Source: Mobula hypostoma
Taxonomy: Eukaryota
Assembly: GCF_963921235.1 (NCBI RefSeq)
Contig: NC_086097.1
Location: 18,602,001-18,666,000, forward strand
Length of the DNA: 64,000 nt
Direction of reading: 5' to 3'
Part shown: piece after piece, positions 61,698 to 64,000 of the stretch
How the letters are laid out: each line of letters opens with the position of its first letter
How positions within the stretch are numbered: position 1 is the first letter of the stretch
Notes under the pieces: model-generated
Told to the model about the DNA's origin: nothing
The model's input: only the letters and a program-made list of their open reading frames with translations
Databases searched by the model: none
Program-made: the position numbers and the translations under genes

Positions 61698-63423
61698 GGT
61701 AATATTGTAGGGTGTTCAGAAGTCTCACAGTTTAGAGGAAGAAGCTATTAACCTGCCTAACAGCCTCTGTTCTTATGCAATCAGAGATTATGTAACAGTT
61801 GGGAGGGGTCCTTAACAATGCTGAGTGCTCTGAGAATGCAGTGAATATACTGGACACCTCATCTTATCATATACTGTCCTGACCTTAACACCGCCTTGTT
61901 TTCCAGATTGAGTACGAATGGGATATAAATGTTGTAATAGTATTGACAAATAAAAAGGAAGCCATTGGCATTAGAATCTCTGTCTCTTTAACTAACCTGA
62001 AGTGTATTTAATTTGAGATGAATTGCCTGTGGCTTTAGTGTTAAGACCATAAGACATAGGAGTAGAATTAGACCATTCATCCCATCGAGCATGCTCTGCC
62101 ATTCCACTACAGTGATCTATTGTCCTTCTTAACCTCATCCACCCTCCTTTTCCCTGTGATGCCCTGACTAATCTACAACCGATCAATCTCTGCTCCAAGT
62201 ATACCCAGTGACTTGACATGCACGTTTGTCTGAGGCAACAGGTTCACCGTGCTTTGGCTTACCTCCGTTCTAAAGGGTTGTCATAGTGTTGTTCCGAATC
62301 AAGCTGTATATTTCAGGATCAACTTTATTCATCATATACATTTACATGTATTAGGAATTTGCTGTGGTGTGGAAGCTACATGCAACAAAAATCAACAACA
62401 TTCAACAATGAAAAAGAATAAAGAATTATATAAAGTAATGTTTCAGGTTAAAGTACGGATGTGGAATAAAATGTGCATAAATACTAGCATGTATTTACAA
62501 TGTAAGCAGCATTATAAATACATGCTGGCATTTATATAATTATGCACATTGGAAGATCTATGTTGAGGTGTTCAGGACATTCAAAATGAATGTCACACAA
62601 ATGCAGCAGATTTTGAAGTTATCTATTGTATTGACACAGACCTTAAAAGTGTTTTGGTGGAGTGTCATTGATTAAGGCACCGTCAGAGTTGATAAGTTGA
62701 GGAACATGTTGATACAGTCTCAAAGTAAAAACTGGTATTTCAGGAGAAGCTACCAGCAGAGGCACACCGCCATGTTTGGGTGGAAACAGGTGAAGAGAGC
62801 CATGTGTCCTCAACTTGGATATCACGAGGAGGACAAAATGGGGAGCACCAGAGTGATGGAAGGCTCAGGTGAGAATGTGAATAGTATTGTTCAGTTAAAA
62901 AGAGGCCGATGCTTATTGTCTTTTTTACAATGCTGCATCAGATCCTGAGTAACAATAATTTTCCTCTCCTTTACACTTGTGCACTGAAGAATGGCAATAC
63001 ACAATCTTGAACCTTAAAGCAACACACATAAATTTCTGGAGGAGCTCTGCAGCTTAGGCAGCATCTATGGAAATGAGTAAACGGCTGACGCTTTGGGTGG
63101 AGACTCTTCTTTGGACCTTGAATCTTAAATCTTGAATGCTGAGAGTGAAATTCCAAGAGCGGTAGCCGTGCTGGAAACAGTATTGTGACTCAGGCAAAAA
63201 GAAAAATATGATTTGAAAGCAGTTGATGATTACTTGTGCAAAGAAGAGACAGACAATGAGAAAAAAAATGAGAAAATTTAAAGAGAACATGGACTGTGAT
63301 TTCTGTCGTTTAGTTACCTGCATCTTCTCAAACACACAATCTACTGTTAAAACAGGAAAGAGGGTAGGAACACCACCTTCTTCTCAAGAGCATTTGGGGT
63401 CATGCCATAAATTCTGGTCTTAC

Positions 63424-63504
63424 CTAGTCTTAACTGTCATGGTCACATCTCTAAAACCTAATTTAAAAGCGAAGTCTGATCGGTGATGCTCAGGGAACTT
63501 CCAA
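63424..63504 (-). CDS. Candidate internal exon (81 nt, phase 2-2), product unknown
   Basis: Acceptor 'ccttctcAG', donor 'ag|GTAAGA'; open frame WKFPEHHRSDFAFKLGFRDVTMTVKT, phase-compatible with 60319-60462. Confidence 0.25.
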
Positions 63505-63809
63505 CTGAGAAGGATTAGTCAATAAATGAAGTGGCAACTGAAATTAAGATGTGGTTTCTTTATTTATATTCTGGACATTGGAAAATCAAACTCTAGGAAA
63601 TAAAGTGAAACTAGGATTGCTCAGGTGACCCCAATGTTTATTTTATTTACTCGGAGATAGAGCGGGTAATAGGTCCTTCTAGTCCAACGAACTACACCGC
63701 CCAGCAACCCACCTATTTAATACTAGCCTAATCACAGGGCAATCTACATGGCCTCCTAACCTACCAACCATCTTTAGCCCAGGCAACCTGTTCATATTCT
63801 ATACCTTCA

Positions 63810-64000
63810 CAGTATGGTCCAGGTCAATTTTGACCCGGCCCAAGAATCCACTCATAACAAGTGTCTGTACCAAATTTTAAACCACAGATCTATTTAGAAT
63901 GTATAAATAACCTATCTGACATTAATAAATGGGTGATTAATCCTTAATTAATGTTTCAGTGATCTAAAATCCATTTCAATAGATAAGGGTCAAATTTGAC
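63810..64000. mobile_element. Possible DNA-transposon (piggyBac-like) subterminal region, cut by the window edge
   Basis: The palindromic motif 'ggtcaattttgacc' near 63822 recurs as 'gggtcaaatttgac' at 63987-64000. Confidence 0.3.

Noticed and set aside
61149..61751. 200-aa plus-strand ORF and overlapping minus-strand ORFs as a gene
   Set aside because: They lie within a GC-rich, TSD-flanked retroposon; no recognisable domain; open frames are expected at this GC content.
62744..62868. Plus-strand exon candidate (tttcAG ... cag|GTGAGA)
   Set aside because: Weak polypyrimidine tract, no recognisable peptide, and no compatible partner exon found.

Overview
Non-coding, extremely repeat-dense vertebrate genomic DNA. 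The repeat content (V-SINEs, CR1 with (TTTCTATG)n tails, Rex/Babar, RTE, Penelope, Tc1/mariner, hAT) points to a cartilaginous fish, probably a ray; that is inference. Almost every ORF in the track is a transposon fragment or noise. I cannot name any host gene and see only a few weak splice-site-bounded exon candidates. Highlights: (1) a complete HDV-like self-cleaving ribozyme fold at the 5' end of a young, TSD-flanked ~560-bp non-autonomous retroposon (61136-61697, minus strand); (2) a ~5.7-kb near-perfect palindrome (arms 37812-40405 and 40899-43510) whose origin can be read from the sequence: a template switch inside a palindromic mariner MITE copied ~2.4 kb of left flank backwards, then rejoined the MITE's original right TIR; (3) many Penelope-derived repeats carrying minimal hammerhead-ribozyme cores, several as head-to-head inverted pairs; (4) a non-tRNA, non-autonomous retroposon family with a YY1-like 5' start and a 3' stem-loop; (5) a 14-copy minisatellite that arose inside a Rex/Babar ORF, plus several multi-layer TE nests. 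Boundaries of old repeats are approximate.
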